Source of the DNA: the human T2T-CHM13v2.0 reference genome, Homo sapiens
Reading direction: 5' to 3' (one strand)
NCBI RefSeq assembly: GCF_009914755.1
Contig: NC_060935.1
DNA: 64,000 nt
In this document: positions 1 to 14,333 of the stretch, piece by piece
Numbering within the stretch: position 1 is the stretch's first letter
Layout of the letters: each line of letters begins with the position of its first letter
Made by a program: the position numbers and the translations under genes
The notes under the pieces: model-generated
Told to the model about the DNA's origin: nothing
The model's input: the letters and a program-made list of their open reading frames with translations, nothing else
Database searches by the model: none

Positions 1-419
1 GTATAAAGACTAATTATATTCATAACAAAAATAAGAAGAGAAAGATAGTAGAAATATATTCTGGTCCATTCAACTTTCACAGTGGGAGAGAATCAACAAA
101 TTATGTTATGGCTGATTAAATATTATTTTAAAAGATAAAGGTCATTCTTAGAAAAATTAAAAATAACAAAATCAAATAAAGTTGAATGACGAAGGTGGGA
201 GAGGAAAGTGGGTTTAAGGGGTAAAGTGGAACTATATTAAAAGAGTCAATGGAGAGCACCCTTGGAAATAACACAAAAATTAAAGAACTAAATATAATTT
301 ATACAGCACATAACTAAACTATAAATCTTCAAATTAAAAGAAAATAGGTACATACAAAATATCACATAGAGAGAAATATTAATACCATGAAAATATTAAA
401 ATAAAAGCATAAAATTAAT

Positions 420-1110
420 TCATTTATTTACCCTATTAGTATTTTTTGAACACCTATGTGCCAGGTATTGTGCTGAATGCCAGTAAGATATAGTTCCTGC
501 ATCTTGGAGTTTTCGTGGAGGAGACAGAGATTAATCAAACAATCACACAAATGTAAAATTGCAACCATAAAAATTACTCTGAAATACAATGAAAATTACT
601 ATAAGAGAGGGATTTGATGTGAGTCAGAGAAGTTTCCCCTAAGAAAGCAACACTGAAGCTGAGATCTAAAGGGTAAACAGCAGTTAACTGAGTGGAGAAC
701 AAAGGTTTTCCTGCAGGGGGAACAATCTGCTCCCCGAGGCCAGAGTGGGGCCTTGGGAGTTGTGCCTGAAACCACATTGTGAGGAAGTGAGGGGAAGCAT
801 TGTGCAGATAATGCTGAAATAAGTAGTGGAAGATGCTTCCTAAGAGAATGAGAAATCCAAGACTACTAAGCAGAAGAATGATTTGACCAGATTTCACATT
901 TGTAAATATCACTATGGTTACAATGTATAGAATGGATTTTAAGGAATTCAAATTGGATACAGGTGAGTCAATTAGAAAGCAACATGCTTGCCAAGGCAAG
1001 AAATTTGATTACTTAAACTAGATATGGGAGTTTTGGAAATAAGTAGATAAATTTGTCATATATTTGAGATAATAAATCACCATGACTTGATGGTAGACTT
1101 AGTTGGAGAT
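420..1110 (-). mobile_element. L2 LINE 3' fragment (old)
   Basis: Degenerate 'tttttgaacacctatgtgccaggtattgtgctg' and 'ctgaagctgagatctaaaggg' motifs, typical of the reverse L2 3' end. Confidence 0.6.
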
Positions 1111-1639
1111 GCCCTCACTAATGCACCATCTAATGCTTCAAGTCTAATAATTATTCAATTCCTCCAGAGCCACCAATCCAATGGTTCTACCATATTTATG
1201 CTGTCATTCACTTTACTGATATCCTTCTTACCTTACCTCTTTTCCCACTTTATATTCCATGATCAATACCTTGCTCCCTCGTAATGATTGTACTCACTCT
1301 TCCAAACAACAATCCTGATAAATCCTACTCTCTGCCTTCTACATCTTGATACCACACAGCTATATGTGGCTAGATAAAACAATCACACTGACAATCATCC
1401 TATACTTTCTGAATCCATCACTCTTCTACTTTTTCAGATCTTTTCTTTCTCCCTCATCCTTACCATGTAATGAACTCATTTTGCATGTCAAGGGCTAAAA
1501 GTTGAATATTTTAAAAGTTCTCATTTTCCCACTACTATATAAACCAACAAATATCTTTAGTCTGCATTCACAAATAACATAACAAATGAGCTCTTCATAT
1601 TTCTATCTGTGGTGAATTAAGATGACTAGAAATTTTGTG

Positions 1640-4600
1640 GCACCATCCCGTTGAAAACGTGGGGACATATTCTTTCTCCTTGAACCTGGGTGGGCTCTTT
1701 GACTGCTTTGACCAATAAAATACAGTGAAAGTAAAACTTCCAGTTTTGATGTCCAGATGTTAAAAGCCTTGAAGCTTCCATTTCTACATCTTGGAACCAA
1801 CGTGTGTGGGTGCTGAGTCAGTATCGAAGAATTCTGCTTATTCTGCTTGCATTAGTCCATTTTCATGCTGCTGATAAAGACATATCCAAGACCGGGTAAT
1901 TTATGAATAAAAAGAGTTTCATGGAATCACAGTTCCATGTGGATGGGGAGGCCTCACAATCATGGCAGAAGGTGAAAAGTATGCATTACATGGGAGCAGA
2001 CAAGAGACAATGAGAGCTGAGTGAAAGGGGAAGCCCCTTGTAAAGTCATCAGCTCTCATGAGACTTATTCACGACCATAAGAACAGTATGGGGGAGCCAC
2101 CCCATCATTCAATTATCTCTCACCAGGTCCCTCCACAACACATGGGAATTATGGGAGCTACAATTCAAGATGAGATTTGGGAAAGGACACAGCCAAACCA
2201 CCTCATTCTGCCTCTGGCACCTCCCAAATCTCATGTCCTCACATTTCAAAACCAATCATGCCTTCCCAATAGTCCCCAAAAGTCTTAACTCACTTCAGCA
2301 TTAACTCAAAAGTTGGCAGTCCAAAGTCTCACCTGAGACAGGGCAAGTCTCTTCCACATATAAACCTGTAAAATCAAAAGCAATTTAGTTATTTTCTAGA
2401 TAAGATAGGAGTACAGGCATTGGGTAAATGCAGCCATTCCAAATGGTAAAATTTACCCAAAACAAAGGGACTAAAGGCTCCAATCAAGTCCGAAATCCAG
2501 TGGGACAGTCAAATCTTAAAGCTCCAAAATGATCTCCTTTGACTCTATGTCTCACATCCAGGTCATACTCATGCAAGTGGTGGGTTCCCATGGTCTCAGG
2601 CAGCTCCACCCCTGTGGTTTTGCAGGGGAGAGCCTTCCTCCCAGTTGCTTTCACAGGCTGGCATTGTATGCAGCTTTTCCAGGCACACAGTGCAAGCTGT
2701 CGGTGGATCTACCATTCCGGGGTCTGGAGGACAGCAGCCCTCTTCTCATAGCTCCACTAGGCAGTACCCTAGTGGGGACTCTGTGTTGGGGGCTTCAACC
2801 CATTTCCATTCCCCACTGCCTTAGCAGAGGTTCTCCATGAAGACCTCACCCCTGCAGCAAACTTCTGTCTGGAGATCCAGGCATTTCCATACATTCTCTG
2901 AAATCTAGGTGGAGGTTCCCATACCTCGATTCTGGACTTCTGTGAATCCACAGGCTGAACACCACATGGAAGCTGCCAAAGCTTGAGGCTTGCACCCTCT
3001 GAAGCCATGGCCTGAGCTGTACCTTGACCCCTTTTAGCTGTGGCTGGAGCAGCTGGGACACAGAGCACCAAGTCCCTAGGCTGTACACAGGCAAACAGCA
3101 GAGGGGCCCTGGGCCCAGCCTATGAAACCATTTTTTCCTCCTAGGCCTCTGGGTGTGTGATGGAAGGGGCTGCCACAAAGATCTCTGACATGGCCTGAAG
3201 ACTTAGCGATTAACATTTGGCTCCTTGTTACTTATGCAAATTTCTGCAGCCAGCTTGAATTTCTCCTCAGAAAATGGATTTTTCTTTTCTATCACAGTGT
3301 CATGCTACAAATTTTCTGAACGTTTATGCTCTGTTTTCCTGTTAAAACTGAGTGCTTTTAACACACCCAAGTCACTCTTGAATGATTTGCTGCTTAGAAA
3401 TTTCTTCTGCCAGATACCCTAACTCATCTCCCTCAAGTTCAAAGTTCCACAAATCTCTAGGGCAGGGACAAAATGCTGCCAGTCTCTCTCGATAGCAAGA
3501 GACACCTTTACTCCAGTTCCCATTGAGTTCCTCATCTCCATCTGAGACCATCTCAGCCTGGATTTCATTGTCTATATCATTATTTGACATTTTAGTCAAA
3601 GCCATTCAACAAGTCTCTAGGAAGTTCCAAACTTTCCCACATTTTCCTGTCGTTTTCTGAGCCCTCCAAACTGTTTCAACCCGTGCCTGTTACCCAGTTC
3701 CAAAGTCGCTTCCACATTTTTGGGTTATCTTTACAACAGCACCCCACTCTACCAGTACCAATGTACTGTATTAGTCTGTTTTCATGCTGCTGATAAAGAC
3801 ATACCTGAGACTGAGTGATTTATAAAGAAAAAGACACTTAATGGACTCACATTTCCAGGTGGATGGGGAGGCCTCACAATCATGGTGGAAGGCAAAAGGC
3901 ACATCTCTACATGATGGCAGACAAGACAGAATGAGAGCTAAGTGAAAGGGGAACCCCCTTATAAAATCATCAGCTCTTGTGAGACTTATTCAAGACCACG
4001 AGAACAGTATGGGGGAAATACTCCTGTGATTCAGTTATCTCCCGTTGGATCCCTCCCACAAGACACGGAAATTATGGGAGCTACAATTCAAGATGAGATT
4101 TGGGTGGGGACACAGCCAAACCATATTGCTGCTGAATAGATCATGTAGACAGGCTCTCAAACTACACGGAGAGCAAGAGAGGCCCACCTTACCACAACAT
4201 TTCATCCAATCCACTAATAAAACAGGCACATCACTGAAGCCACCTTCAACTCTCCAGACTACCCAGCTGCCAGCTGAATACCACAGATGGCTACAGTTAA
4301 TACCACATGGAGCAGAATCATGTAGCTAAGCCCTGCTTGCACTAATACAAGTCCACAATTTTTTTTAAGTTTGTTGTTTTAAGCTGCTAAGTTTTGAGGT
4401 GGTTTGTGGTACGTGGAATAAGATGTCACTCTAATATAATATAAACTTAAACTATGTGGCATTGGCTTTGGAATCAGACAATGGATAGAAGCCAGAAGGA
4501 TTTCACAAAGACTGTTAGTGAAAAGTGAACAGACTTCAAGGAAAATGATAGCAAAACCTGTAAAAGCATTCTGGGAACTGACAGTAAACACTGAATGGTC

Positions 4601-4810
4601 CTTAAGGAGACTGAAAACTTGAAAGAGCTTAAGAAGTCTACTGGAAAGGGCTTTAAGGATAATGAGAAAAAATCATCAGTGGAGGCTGAGGAAAAGGCAC
4701 CAAAGTCATATTCTGATGGGAGAGTTAGAAAACGCTTGCCTGGAATGATATAAAAAATAGGAAAAATACCGAAAAAGTTTGTGGATCTGGCTGGGGAGAT
4801 TTTTGGTGTC
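1640..4810 (+). mobile_element. Old MLT1-type MaLR LTR plus internal fragment, split by the THE1B insertion
   Basis: MLT1-like 'ttgaacctgggtgggct..gactgctttgaccaata' before 1847 resumes after 4129 and ends with 'ttgttgttttaagctgctaagttttgaggtggtttgt'. Confidence 0.55.
1848..4128 (-). mobile_element. Full-length THE1B (ERVL-MaLR): LTR ~1848-2205, internal ~2206-3767, LTR ~3768-4128
   Basis: Two ~360-bp direct repeats matching the THE1B LTR (tg(t/c)attagtc...ccaaaccata); THE1-internal sequence between them; 5-bp TSD CTGCT at 1843-1847 and 4129-4133. Confidence 0.92.
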
Positions 4811-4969
4811 AACTAAAGAAAAAAATTAAGCTTTTAAGAAATTAAAGTTAGATTTATTTAGGGGTCTGAGAACAAGAGACTGAGGATTACAGCCTAGGAG
4901 AAGTCTTTCAGAGAGGTTCTGTCAGACTGCTCTGGTGAAGGTCTTTAGCCCACAGTTTATATGCAGGCT

Positions 4970-5335
4970 GTACATATACACCATGGAATACTATGCCGCC
5001 ATTAAAAAATGATATCATGTCTTTTGCTGGAATATGGATGGACCTTCTATTATCCTTAGCAAACTAATGCAGGAACAGAAAACCAAATACAGCATACTCT
5101 CAGTTATAAGTGGGAGCTAAATGATGAGAACTAATGAACACAAAGAATAAAACAGACACTGGGGTCTACTTGAGGGTGGAGGGTGAGAAAAGGAAGAGAA
5201 GCAGAAAAGATAACTATTGGGTACTAGGTTTAATACCTGGATGATGAAATAATCTGTACAATAACCCCCTGTGACACCAGTCTACCTATGTAACAAATGC
5301 CCCTAAACTTAAAATAAAAGTTAAAAAAAAAGAAA
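4970..5335 (+). mobile_element. L1 (L1PB/old L1PA-type) 3' end with A tail
   Basis: 'ccatggaatactatgc..aggaacagaaaaccaaatac..ataagtgggagctaaatgatgagaac..aaataaaagttaaaaaaaa'. Confidence 0.85.
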
Positions 5336-5466
5336 ATTAAAATCTCCTTATCATCTACCTGGTAATATGAAAAACACAAATCTTTCATTCATTCCTTTCA
5401 ACTGATGAGGAAACTGAGGCATTGGGAGTTAGTAAAAGTCCACATTGAGATATGAGACCCACCACT

Positions 5467-5778
<312 letters not shown>

Positions 5779-6479
5779 TCATTTTGCAAGTGTTACCACT
5801 ATTGTGTGTTAATATTGTAGAAGTATTCCTAATTATGATTTCTTTGTATTCCTAATTGTAATAGCTTTGTATTTGAAAAATTATTGATTCATACTCTATA
5901 TGTTATTATTTTGTATGCGATGACAACAGAATATATTATCATGCTCCTTTTGTGAATCTCATTCATAATATAAAGTATAAATTTGTGATTTTGCTTTAAT
6001 TTGAAATATTAACTTCAAATATGTTATCACAATTTGATACAAACTATTGACAGTAAATCTGTGGATTAAGTAATGTCTTAGTAGGTATTGGGAAAATTTG
6101 AAACTAGTAACATGGAGGACTATTGTCATTGTTTATTTCAAAGCCAGTTAAAATTCTGCAAAGCAGTGTACATAAAAATAATTTCAAGAAATTTATAAAA
6201 TACCGAGATTATGGTGTATAAACAACTTTAGATTCTTTGTTTAAGAAATTCTGCCAGTTTGTAATATATGCTTCATTCAAAGTAGCTAAGGGCTGTACCT
6301 GGCTAATAGTAGGCACCTAATATTTGTTGAAAAGGAATACTGAGTAGCTGGGACCTCCTGAGTAGCTGGGACCACACACATTTAACCTGTATTTATAAAA
6401 TTACTGTTTAGAGAATAACATTTGATGGAATCATGCTTTTACTTTCTGCTTACGACTCAATTGTTTGTACTGACATTAA

Positions 6480-6985
6480 CATCCCAAATCCTTAGCATGG
6501 CCTACAAGGCCCTGAGCAATGTGGCACCTGCTGAAGCCTGCTGCCTCATTTAATAACTCTTTGTCTCTTTCCCAGATCCAGCCACTCTAACATTTTTTAG
6601 CTCCTGGACCAAGACAAGCTCTTCCCAGAACCTGACCTTTGTACCTGTTCTTTATTCCTGGAGTATTTTTCCCCTGACAAATTACTTATCATCTATCATA
6701 ATTCAGGTTAAATGGCACTAACTCAGGGAAGGCTTCCCTAACTGCCTCCCTTCTCCAACCAAATTAGGAACAATTATATGGCCACATAGTATCGAATCAA
6801 GTTTATAATTTTAAAATAATTGGGAGATTTTGTTGTTTAACACTTGTTTTCACTATAAGACTGTAATTACATGCAAGTAAGAACCATGCCTGTTTGTTCA
6901 CTCCTGCCACAGTCAGAATAGTGCCTGGAATATGCAGTAAGGGCTGAACAATCACTAAATAAATGAACAAGTGAATAAATGGATA
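6480..6985 (+). mobile_element. L2 3' fragment
   Basis: 'tccttagcatggcctacaaggccctg', 'tcagggaaggcttccct', 'gtgcctgg..taaatgaa..gaataaatg'. Confidence 0.65.
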
Positions 6986-7084
6986 TTGTCTCATTTTTAG
7001 AACAGAGTACTGAATGGATCATGAACACTATCTGGTATGTCACGTAGGTAATTTACAAGGGCTACAATTTCAGCTCAGATTTAC

Positions 7085-7189
7085 CTTTTCCTGGATACAG
7101 GTCTTGATAGGTCTCTTGATGTCATTTCACTTCAGATTCTTCTTTAGAAAACTTGGACAATAGCATTTGCTGTCTTGTCCAAATTGTTA
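7085..7189 (-). ncRNA. Putative 105-bp internal exon of a minus-strand lncRNA
   Basis: Minus strand has ttcttAG|TAAC...AAAG|GTaaat; length agrees with an exon I recall in the chr1 subtelomeric lncRNA family (unverified). Confidence 0.5.
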
Positions 7190-8072
7190 CTAAGAATCAA
7201 GAGAGATATCTGACATGAAATGACATTGGAAAACATTAAACACGATTGAAATAATGCTAGCCAATATGGTTATTATTAGAAACCAATTACATTTTCAACT
7301 TAAAAATAGTAATACTTATTGCAGACTCAAATGTGCTTATTCTAAAACAAGTAAATGTTTGCCTATGGTCTGAGATTCTAATCCACGGAGTTCATTCTAA
7401 TCCACATTCAACACTATCATGTACCAGTGGGCCTCATAACCCACCTAGCCCTGTGATTTTTCAGGTTCACTTTTCTAAACTTGTGAATTAAATATTTATT
7501 TTCTTAGTTCAGAAGAGGAAAAAAACTCTTGTAATTGTTGCCCATTTCAGGAGAAATCTTGCATATGAAAACAAGAGATAAATATACACAACTGAGGGCT
7601 GTGGTTTAAACAAAATCTTGAGAATGTTTTTTGACCTTATACATTTGTGCTTTAGTATAACAAAATGATATAGACAAAGGTAACTTTTAATAGAACCAGT
7701 CACTAAATTAAAAAAATGACAAATTCTTCTGCTTAGCTAAGCAACAGAGAAGGTAAAATACTAATTCAATTCATCAATTTAAGCAATACTCATTAAGAGC
7801 CAAGTATGTGCTTACTGAATAAGCTGCTAAGGTTTGGTGGTTACAGAGTGTGCGGTGAAATGATGTCTACATCACAGTCCAACATTCACAGAGTTTAAAA
7901 GCCTACCAAGAATCAAGACAGACACAAATACCTAACATAGACGTTTGTATATGATAAGAGAGCCAGAGTACAATTTAGGAGAAGAAATTGTATGGAAGGA
8001 AGGTTCATTTCCATTAGACCAGAAAAGACAGCACATTTGAAGGCCTGAATAAGAAATATTCTGGATAAGATA

Positions 8073-8580
8073 TTGTGGCTGCTACCAGAATGGCTCTTGA
8101 TGATCTCTACCTCTTGGTATTTATACCCTTATATAATCTCTTTCCTATAGTGTAAGCTGGTCCCAGGTACTTGTTTCTATTGAATAGAATAGAACAAAAG
8201 AAATGAGATGCCACTTCTGAGATTAGATTATAAGATACTGTGAATTTCATCTTGTGCCCTCTCCCTCTCTCTCTTTCTCTTGCCCTCTCATTTGAATGAA
8301 GCCAACTGGCATGCTGTCAGTGGCCCAGTGTAAGTCCTGTTACAAGAAATTGATGATTACCTGTAGCCAACCCTAAGTGAAGAACTGAGGTCCTCAGTCC
8401 TACAAATGGAGAGAAACTGAATCTAGCTAAGAACCATGTGAGTGAGCTGGGAAGAAGATCCACCCTCAGTTGAAATTTAAGATGACATATTGAGCAGACA
8501 TACTGAGACACACTGAAAGTAAGAGAGCAGGAGGAAACAAAACCAGGGTCATACAAAGAACACAACTGATTTTGAGATTC
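8073..8580 (+). mobile_element. MLT1-type MaLR LTR
   Basis: 'tgtggctgctaccagaatggctc..cttggtatttataccctt..gccacttctgagattagatta..tgagtgagctgggaagaagatcc'. Confidence 0.65.
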
Positions 8581-9960
8581 TCACATAAGTATTACACCTT
8601 CAGTGAGCACGTGTACTAGAAATTTAAAAAATAAATAAAATAAACCTTCAAAGTGAGCTAGCAAATAAATTTCCCTATGGTCTCAGCTCTGAGTGGAGAG
8701 AGAAAATGTTCCCTGTGGAGTTTATAGCCAGAATCCAGCTCTCAAACAGGTTTCAGCCTGAACTCACACAATCTGTGTGGCTTCCAAATTTGCAAGCTGA
8801 GAATTTAATTCAAAGTGGTCTCAGGTTGATAGCAGTCCAAAATGCTAGGTAGGAAAAAAAATCCTCTCTGGACAAATAAATCATCAAAGCAAGCTCATAA
8901 GAGCAGGTTTCAAAGGTCATGAGATTCTAACACACACACAAAAATCACACACACAAAATGGGGGTAGCAGCAACATGGGTAGCGTATTCAAACTTGAAAA
9001 GACTTTAAATATTTGTATTATTAGATGTAGATTATGAAACACATATTTTAATGTGGTTAATTTTTTTAAGGAATCAAAACTATGAGTAAAGACCAAGAAA
9101 ATTGTGCTGGATGGCCACTTCCACCATGGCTCCCCTCCTATTTAAGTCTGGGTACTGTGTCACCCGAAGTCTTCAGGCACATTGTTCCAGGTCTGGGTTT
9201 GCCTATGAAAGAAACTCATGAGAGCTGGAAATGAGGAGTGAAGAGGAGGTCTTCAAATAAAGCAGGCTTAAGGATTAGACATAGCAGGTTTGACAGATGT
9301 GATGGCTTGCAGAATCCTTTATGAGCTCCCACTGTCCATCTGGATAAGATTTACAGACCTTTCAGAAATTCCTATAAGCTTGGGTTCTGTGCCCACACTC
9401 TAGACTGTCAGGCTAAGATCTCTGATATAAAACAGACCTCTTCTGATTTTGTCTAGCTGCTTTTCTAATATCTATTCACCAAGCTCTTCCAATAATAGCA
9501 TAAGGCCCTAATTAATATTAAACTTTTATCATTATAATACATAGGATGTCTTCTGTTTTCCTGATCAAATTCTGACTACTATTAAAATATAAAGAATTGT
9601 CCAGAAATATATAAAAAAAGAATCACACATTGATCTTCTTTAAATGAAAATATAACAATTGTATGGACTAGGATGATTACAGTTGTTCAGTTCTGACTGT
9701 TATTTAAAGAAAAAAGCAATAAGAAGCCTCAGCAACTTAACAGAAGGAGCTGCCATTTACTAGGAGAAAAGATTGTGGATGAGAGTGTAGCAAAGGTCAG
9801 AATTCTGTGAAGCTTGAGATGTTTATTATAATGAATTATCTTTTATACTCACTACAATTTCCTAACAATTTTGGGGTTTATATTTTTGAAAGAGATATAC
9901 CTTTAATTTTCTTTCTTTGTACTATTGTTAGGTAACTTTGATGTGCAGATTATACTACAG

Positions 9961-10470
9961 TGAAAGTTGCCAATGACAAGGCAAAGTCACTTACATCAGA
10001 CCCAAAGCAAAGTGGAGCCGGGTCATGAAAAAGGGGATCTTGTGTGTCTGTCCACGATAAGCACTATCACAAGGACTTTCTATAAACTCACAAGAAATTT
10101 CTGCCCACCCAGCACACTCTGTTTGTCCAGCTCATCCTGTAGGTGTCTCTATAATAGGACCTATCATAAAAAATTCCTCAAGACTGCAGCATTTCAGATA
10201 AGCCACCCTCACAAGAACACTTGCCTAGCAATGGCTGTTTCTGCCAGTAAGTTAACACCAGCTCCTGCATCAGATCCTGTGACCAATGATGTTTGTTTCA
10301 AAACAGCTTGCATGGACTTCTTTTTGTCTTTACATATTTTCCTTACCTCAACCTCTTGGGATGCACCTATGATTGATCATAGCACAAATATCTCAGATTA
10401 TAATCCTTGTTTATTTCCAAATAAATTTATTTCTTTGGAGATCCACTTTTTCTGTTATTATACATTGACA
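9961..10470 (+). mobile_element. Probable solo ERV1-class LTR
   Basis: Starts TGAAAGTTG, contains AATAAA near 10419, ends ...TTGACA; no clean TSD. Confidence 0.4.
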
Positions 10471-10849
10471 TTGTTATTATGAAATTGGTTGGGTGATGTG
10501 TCTTATTTTCTTGTCTCCAGAAGAATTTCTGTAACAGTGCAATTAAACGTTCTTTGCATGTTTGCTAGAACTCACCTGTAAAATTGTCTGAGCAACCAAA
10601 GCCTGGTTTTTGTGTTTAGTTTTTCTTTTGTGATTGGGGAGGGGGGTTTATCGTACTGATTCAAGGTGTGAAGGTAACATCATTTTGATTTTATACATCT
10701 TCTTCAGTCCATTTAAGCATGTTACATAGCGTTGTTTGTTCTTTTCATGATATTCTTTACAGTAGTCTCCTAAATGTTCCCTCTGCTTCTGCCATGAGCC
10801 CCTACAATCTATTTCAACTCAGAAGCTATAGAGTTTGTTTAAAACATGT

Positions 10850-11420
10850 AACATATTATGCCACCTTTCTTACTGTAAAACATCCCATGGTTTCTCGTAG
10901 TATTTATAGTAAAAGTGAAATTTTTATGATGGCTTGAGAAACTTTTCCCATTAGATGCCCAAGTGCTGGTCTGGTCTGATCTTCTCATCTTCCCTTGGGT
11001 GATTCTGTGGCAGTCACACTAGCCTCCTTGCTGCTCCACAAAAACTCCAGCATGATCCTACTTCAGGATATTTGCCATTGTTACTGCATCTGCCTGGAAC
11101 CTTTTCTCCCATATAAACATAGAGATTGCTCTTGCCTGTCCTTCAAGTCTATTCTTAAATGTCCCATTCTCTGTGAAGCTTTCCTGCCCACCCTATTTAA
11201 ATTACAGACTTCACTCCCAATTCCCCATCTACTTTAAGAGTCTTCCTTTATCATTCCTTGACAAACTGTAAATATACATGTTCACTTTTTTATCGTCTGT
11301 CTCCAAATACTGGAATGTTAAGTTCTGTAATGTCAGATATTTCTGTTTGGTTCACTGGTGTATTCTTAAAGCATGTTACATACTAGGTATACTCAATGAA
11401 TATTTGTTGAATAAATATCA
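10850..11420 (+). mobile_element. L2 3' fragment
   Basis: 'ctgcctggaac', 'tctgtgaagctttcctg', 'ctcaatgaatatttgttgaataaat'. Confidence 0.65.
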
Positions 11421-13700
11421 CATTGGGCTTATTCCAGAAATTCAAGCTTGTTTCAATAGTTAGAGCAATCTACAAATGTAATTCATTACATTAACTAATT
11501 AAAGGAGCTAAATCACATCACCACCACAATAATGCAGAAAACCACATTTGATACAACTCAATATTCATGTCTGCCTAACAAACATCTCATGATACTAGGA
11601 AAAGAGGAAGGGATATATTATTTTCATGTATAAAGCACTAACCATTGTAGCATGCCAATATACTCAAAATTCAATGAAATTCCTATCAAAATCTTAGCAT
11701 TCCTCTTAGTCCTCAACAAAGCATTTCTAAAATGTGTATAGAAGACCAAAGGGCCAAAAGAGTCAACTTCTGAAGAAGCGCAAAAAGAAAGTTGAGGAAA
11801 TCTTAAAACATGTTATTGAGCTTAAAGTTGCAAAAATAAACTCATGTACCATAATTGATGAGTAGAAAAATAGACTAGTGGAATAACATAAAAATAAAAA
11901 CAATGCTTACATAAAATGTTGTAACTGATTTGGATGTCATTAGAAATCAGTAAGTAAATAGATGGACAATGTAATGAAAGATGCTAGGCAAATAATGTGG
12001 TAGGGAGAATAATGGCCCTCAAAGATGCCCATGCCTAACCCTGGAACCTGTGAATATGTTACACTGAATGCAATAAAGGCTTATCAGATGTGATTAAGGA
12101 TGCAAACTGAGATGGAGAGATCTTCCTGGGTTACCCAGATGGGCCCAGTCTAATCACATGAGTTCTTAAAAATGGAGAACCTTTCTTAGCTGAGTCCAGA
12201 GAGAGATGTGACAATGAAAGAATGGTCAGAGAAATGTGACATTGCCAGCTTTAAAAAGAGAGAGGAGAGGCAATGAGAAAAGGAATGCTGATGTTCTCTA
12301 GAAGATAGAAAAGGCCAGGATATGGATTCTACCCTAGCCGCCATAAAGAAACATGACTGTCGACAACTTGATTTTAGTTCACTAAAATTCATGCCTGATT
12401 TCTGACTTGTGTACACTGTAAGATGACAAGTTTGTGTTATTTTAGGTCACTTAGTTTGTAGAAATTTGTTACAGCAGTAATAGAACAAGTGGTTATCCAT
12501 ATGAGGCAAATTAGATTGGATACCTATCTCCAATAGAAATCAATTCAAGGTGAATTCCAGGAAAATACTTAAAACATTTAGATTAAAAATAAATGAGAAT
12601 TTTTGTTACTTTTTGTAGGTCATAGAACCAAGAAAAACAAACATTAAGGAGGAAAAATGAACATATGACTACATCAAAATATAAAGCTTCTCTATTTGGA
12701 TGATATCATAAGGTGACAAATCATAAACTGTAATATTTACAACATATATATAAGTGAATAAATATACATTTAGAATATATATGAACTCCCAAAAATCAAC
12801 AGGAAAAATAAGACATAGAACAAGCAAAATGCATAAACAAAAGAAGGCAAAACAAAAATAATGACTCATAATTATATGAAAAGAAGCTCATCTTCATAGA
12901 TGAGCAGATAAATGCAAATTAAAACCACCCTGAGATGCTTTTTACATCCATGAGCCTGATAAAAGTTAGAGTCTAAAAGTAATAATTAACAAAGATGGGA
13001 AGTAACAGAAAATCTTGTCCATTACTGGTTAAAGTATAAACTGATACAGCTACTTTACAGAATATTACATTATAGAATAAAGTTGTGAGTATGTATATGC
13101 AGTGACTCAGCATATTCATTGCTAGTATGTACTCAAGAGAAACTTACAGGAGTGGCCTAGGAAGTAAATACAAAATGATTACAACATTGTTTGTTATATC
13201 AAAAAATAAAAAAGACACCCAATTTTCCAGCAAAAAAAATAAGTAAAAATAAATCCTGGTGTATTCTAACAATGGAATAATATATAGCCATTAAAATAAA
13301 TCAACTATTACTGTACATATGAATGTAAGTATCAGCAAAACATATTGTTTAGTGAAAAACTAAGAAGCTGAAGAAGAATATATACAATATGGTTACATTT
13401 ATATGAAGTCCAAAAACTTGCAAAATAAAGAAATGTATTTAGAAATAGATTCACATGTGAGAAAACTAGAAGAAAATTAATGAAAGGATAAGAGGGATAG
13501 CAGTAATTCTGAGTAGTTGAGGGAATTTCAATTGGAAAAAAATAATATCATATTCTTTAAGTCAGGTAGTGGGTATTAGCATTTGTTTTACCATCGTTCT
13601 TTATTCTTATAGCTACACTATATATTTTCAATGTATTTAATGTATTTTTTGCATAATTAAATATTATGCAATAAAAATGAGAAAACAAAAAAGTAGAAAA
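11420..13700 (+). mobile_element. Old L1M/L1ME fragment interrupted by MLT1
   Basis: A-rich degenerate L1 ORF2/3'UTR motifs (aaatgcaaattaaaaccac, acaatggaata). Confidence 0.6.
11996..12487 (+). mobile_element. MLT1D-like MaLR LTR
   Basis: 'tgtggtagggagaataatggccctcaaagatg..ctggaacctgtgaatatgttac..aatttgttacagcagtaatag'. Confidence 0.8.
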
Positions 13701-13952
13701 TGATAAATTACAATAAAGAAATGGAGAAAAAATTATAATCTAGTTGAGTAATGGTATATTACATAGCTATTTTCTTAAGTAGATGTATGTACATGATGTA
13801 TGCACGATTGTACATACATGTTCTTAATTATATATAAATATATATGTACATATTTTTAATATAAAATACTAAACAAAGTACACCAAAATATTAGCTCCTA
13901 TGTTAGTGAGATAATGTTTTGTTTTTTTGTATTTTAAGTTTTACATAGTAGG

Positions 13953-14333
13953 TGTATTTTTCTGTTTTCATACTGCTATAAAGAACTGCCCAAGACTGGG
14001 TAATTTATAAAGGAAAGAAGTTTAATTGGCTCACAGTTCAGCACAGCTTGGGAGGCCTCAGGAAATCTACAATCATGGCGGAAGACAAAGAGGAAGCAAG
14101 CCAGCTTCTTCGCAAGGCAGCATGAAGAAGTGCCGAGCAAAGGGGAAAGAATCCCTTATAAAACCATCAAATCTCGTGAGAACTCACTATCACAAGAACA
14201 GCACAGGGGAAACTGCCCCCATGATTCAATTACCTCCACCTGGTCTCTCCCTTGACCTGTGGGGATTATGGGGACTATGGGGATTACAATTCAAGATGAG
14301 ATTCAGGTGGGGATACAAAGCCTAACCATATCA
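13953..14333 (-). mobile_element. Solo THE1/MST-type LTR (THE1D-like)
   Basis: tgtattt...aaccatatca, with 5-bp TSD GTAGG at 13948-13952 and 14334-14338. Confidence 0.88.

Noticed and set aside
2058-4329. Cluster of 60-110-aa ORFs
   Set aside because: All lie in THE1B LTR/internal sequence; short and in mixed frames
7153-7182. Small hairpin ttggacaa..ttgtccaa
   Set aside because: 8-bp stem is too short to distinguish from chance
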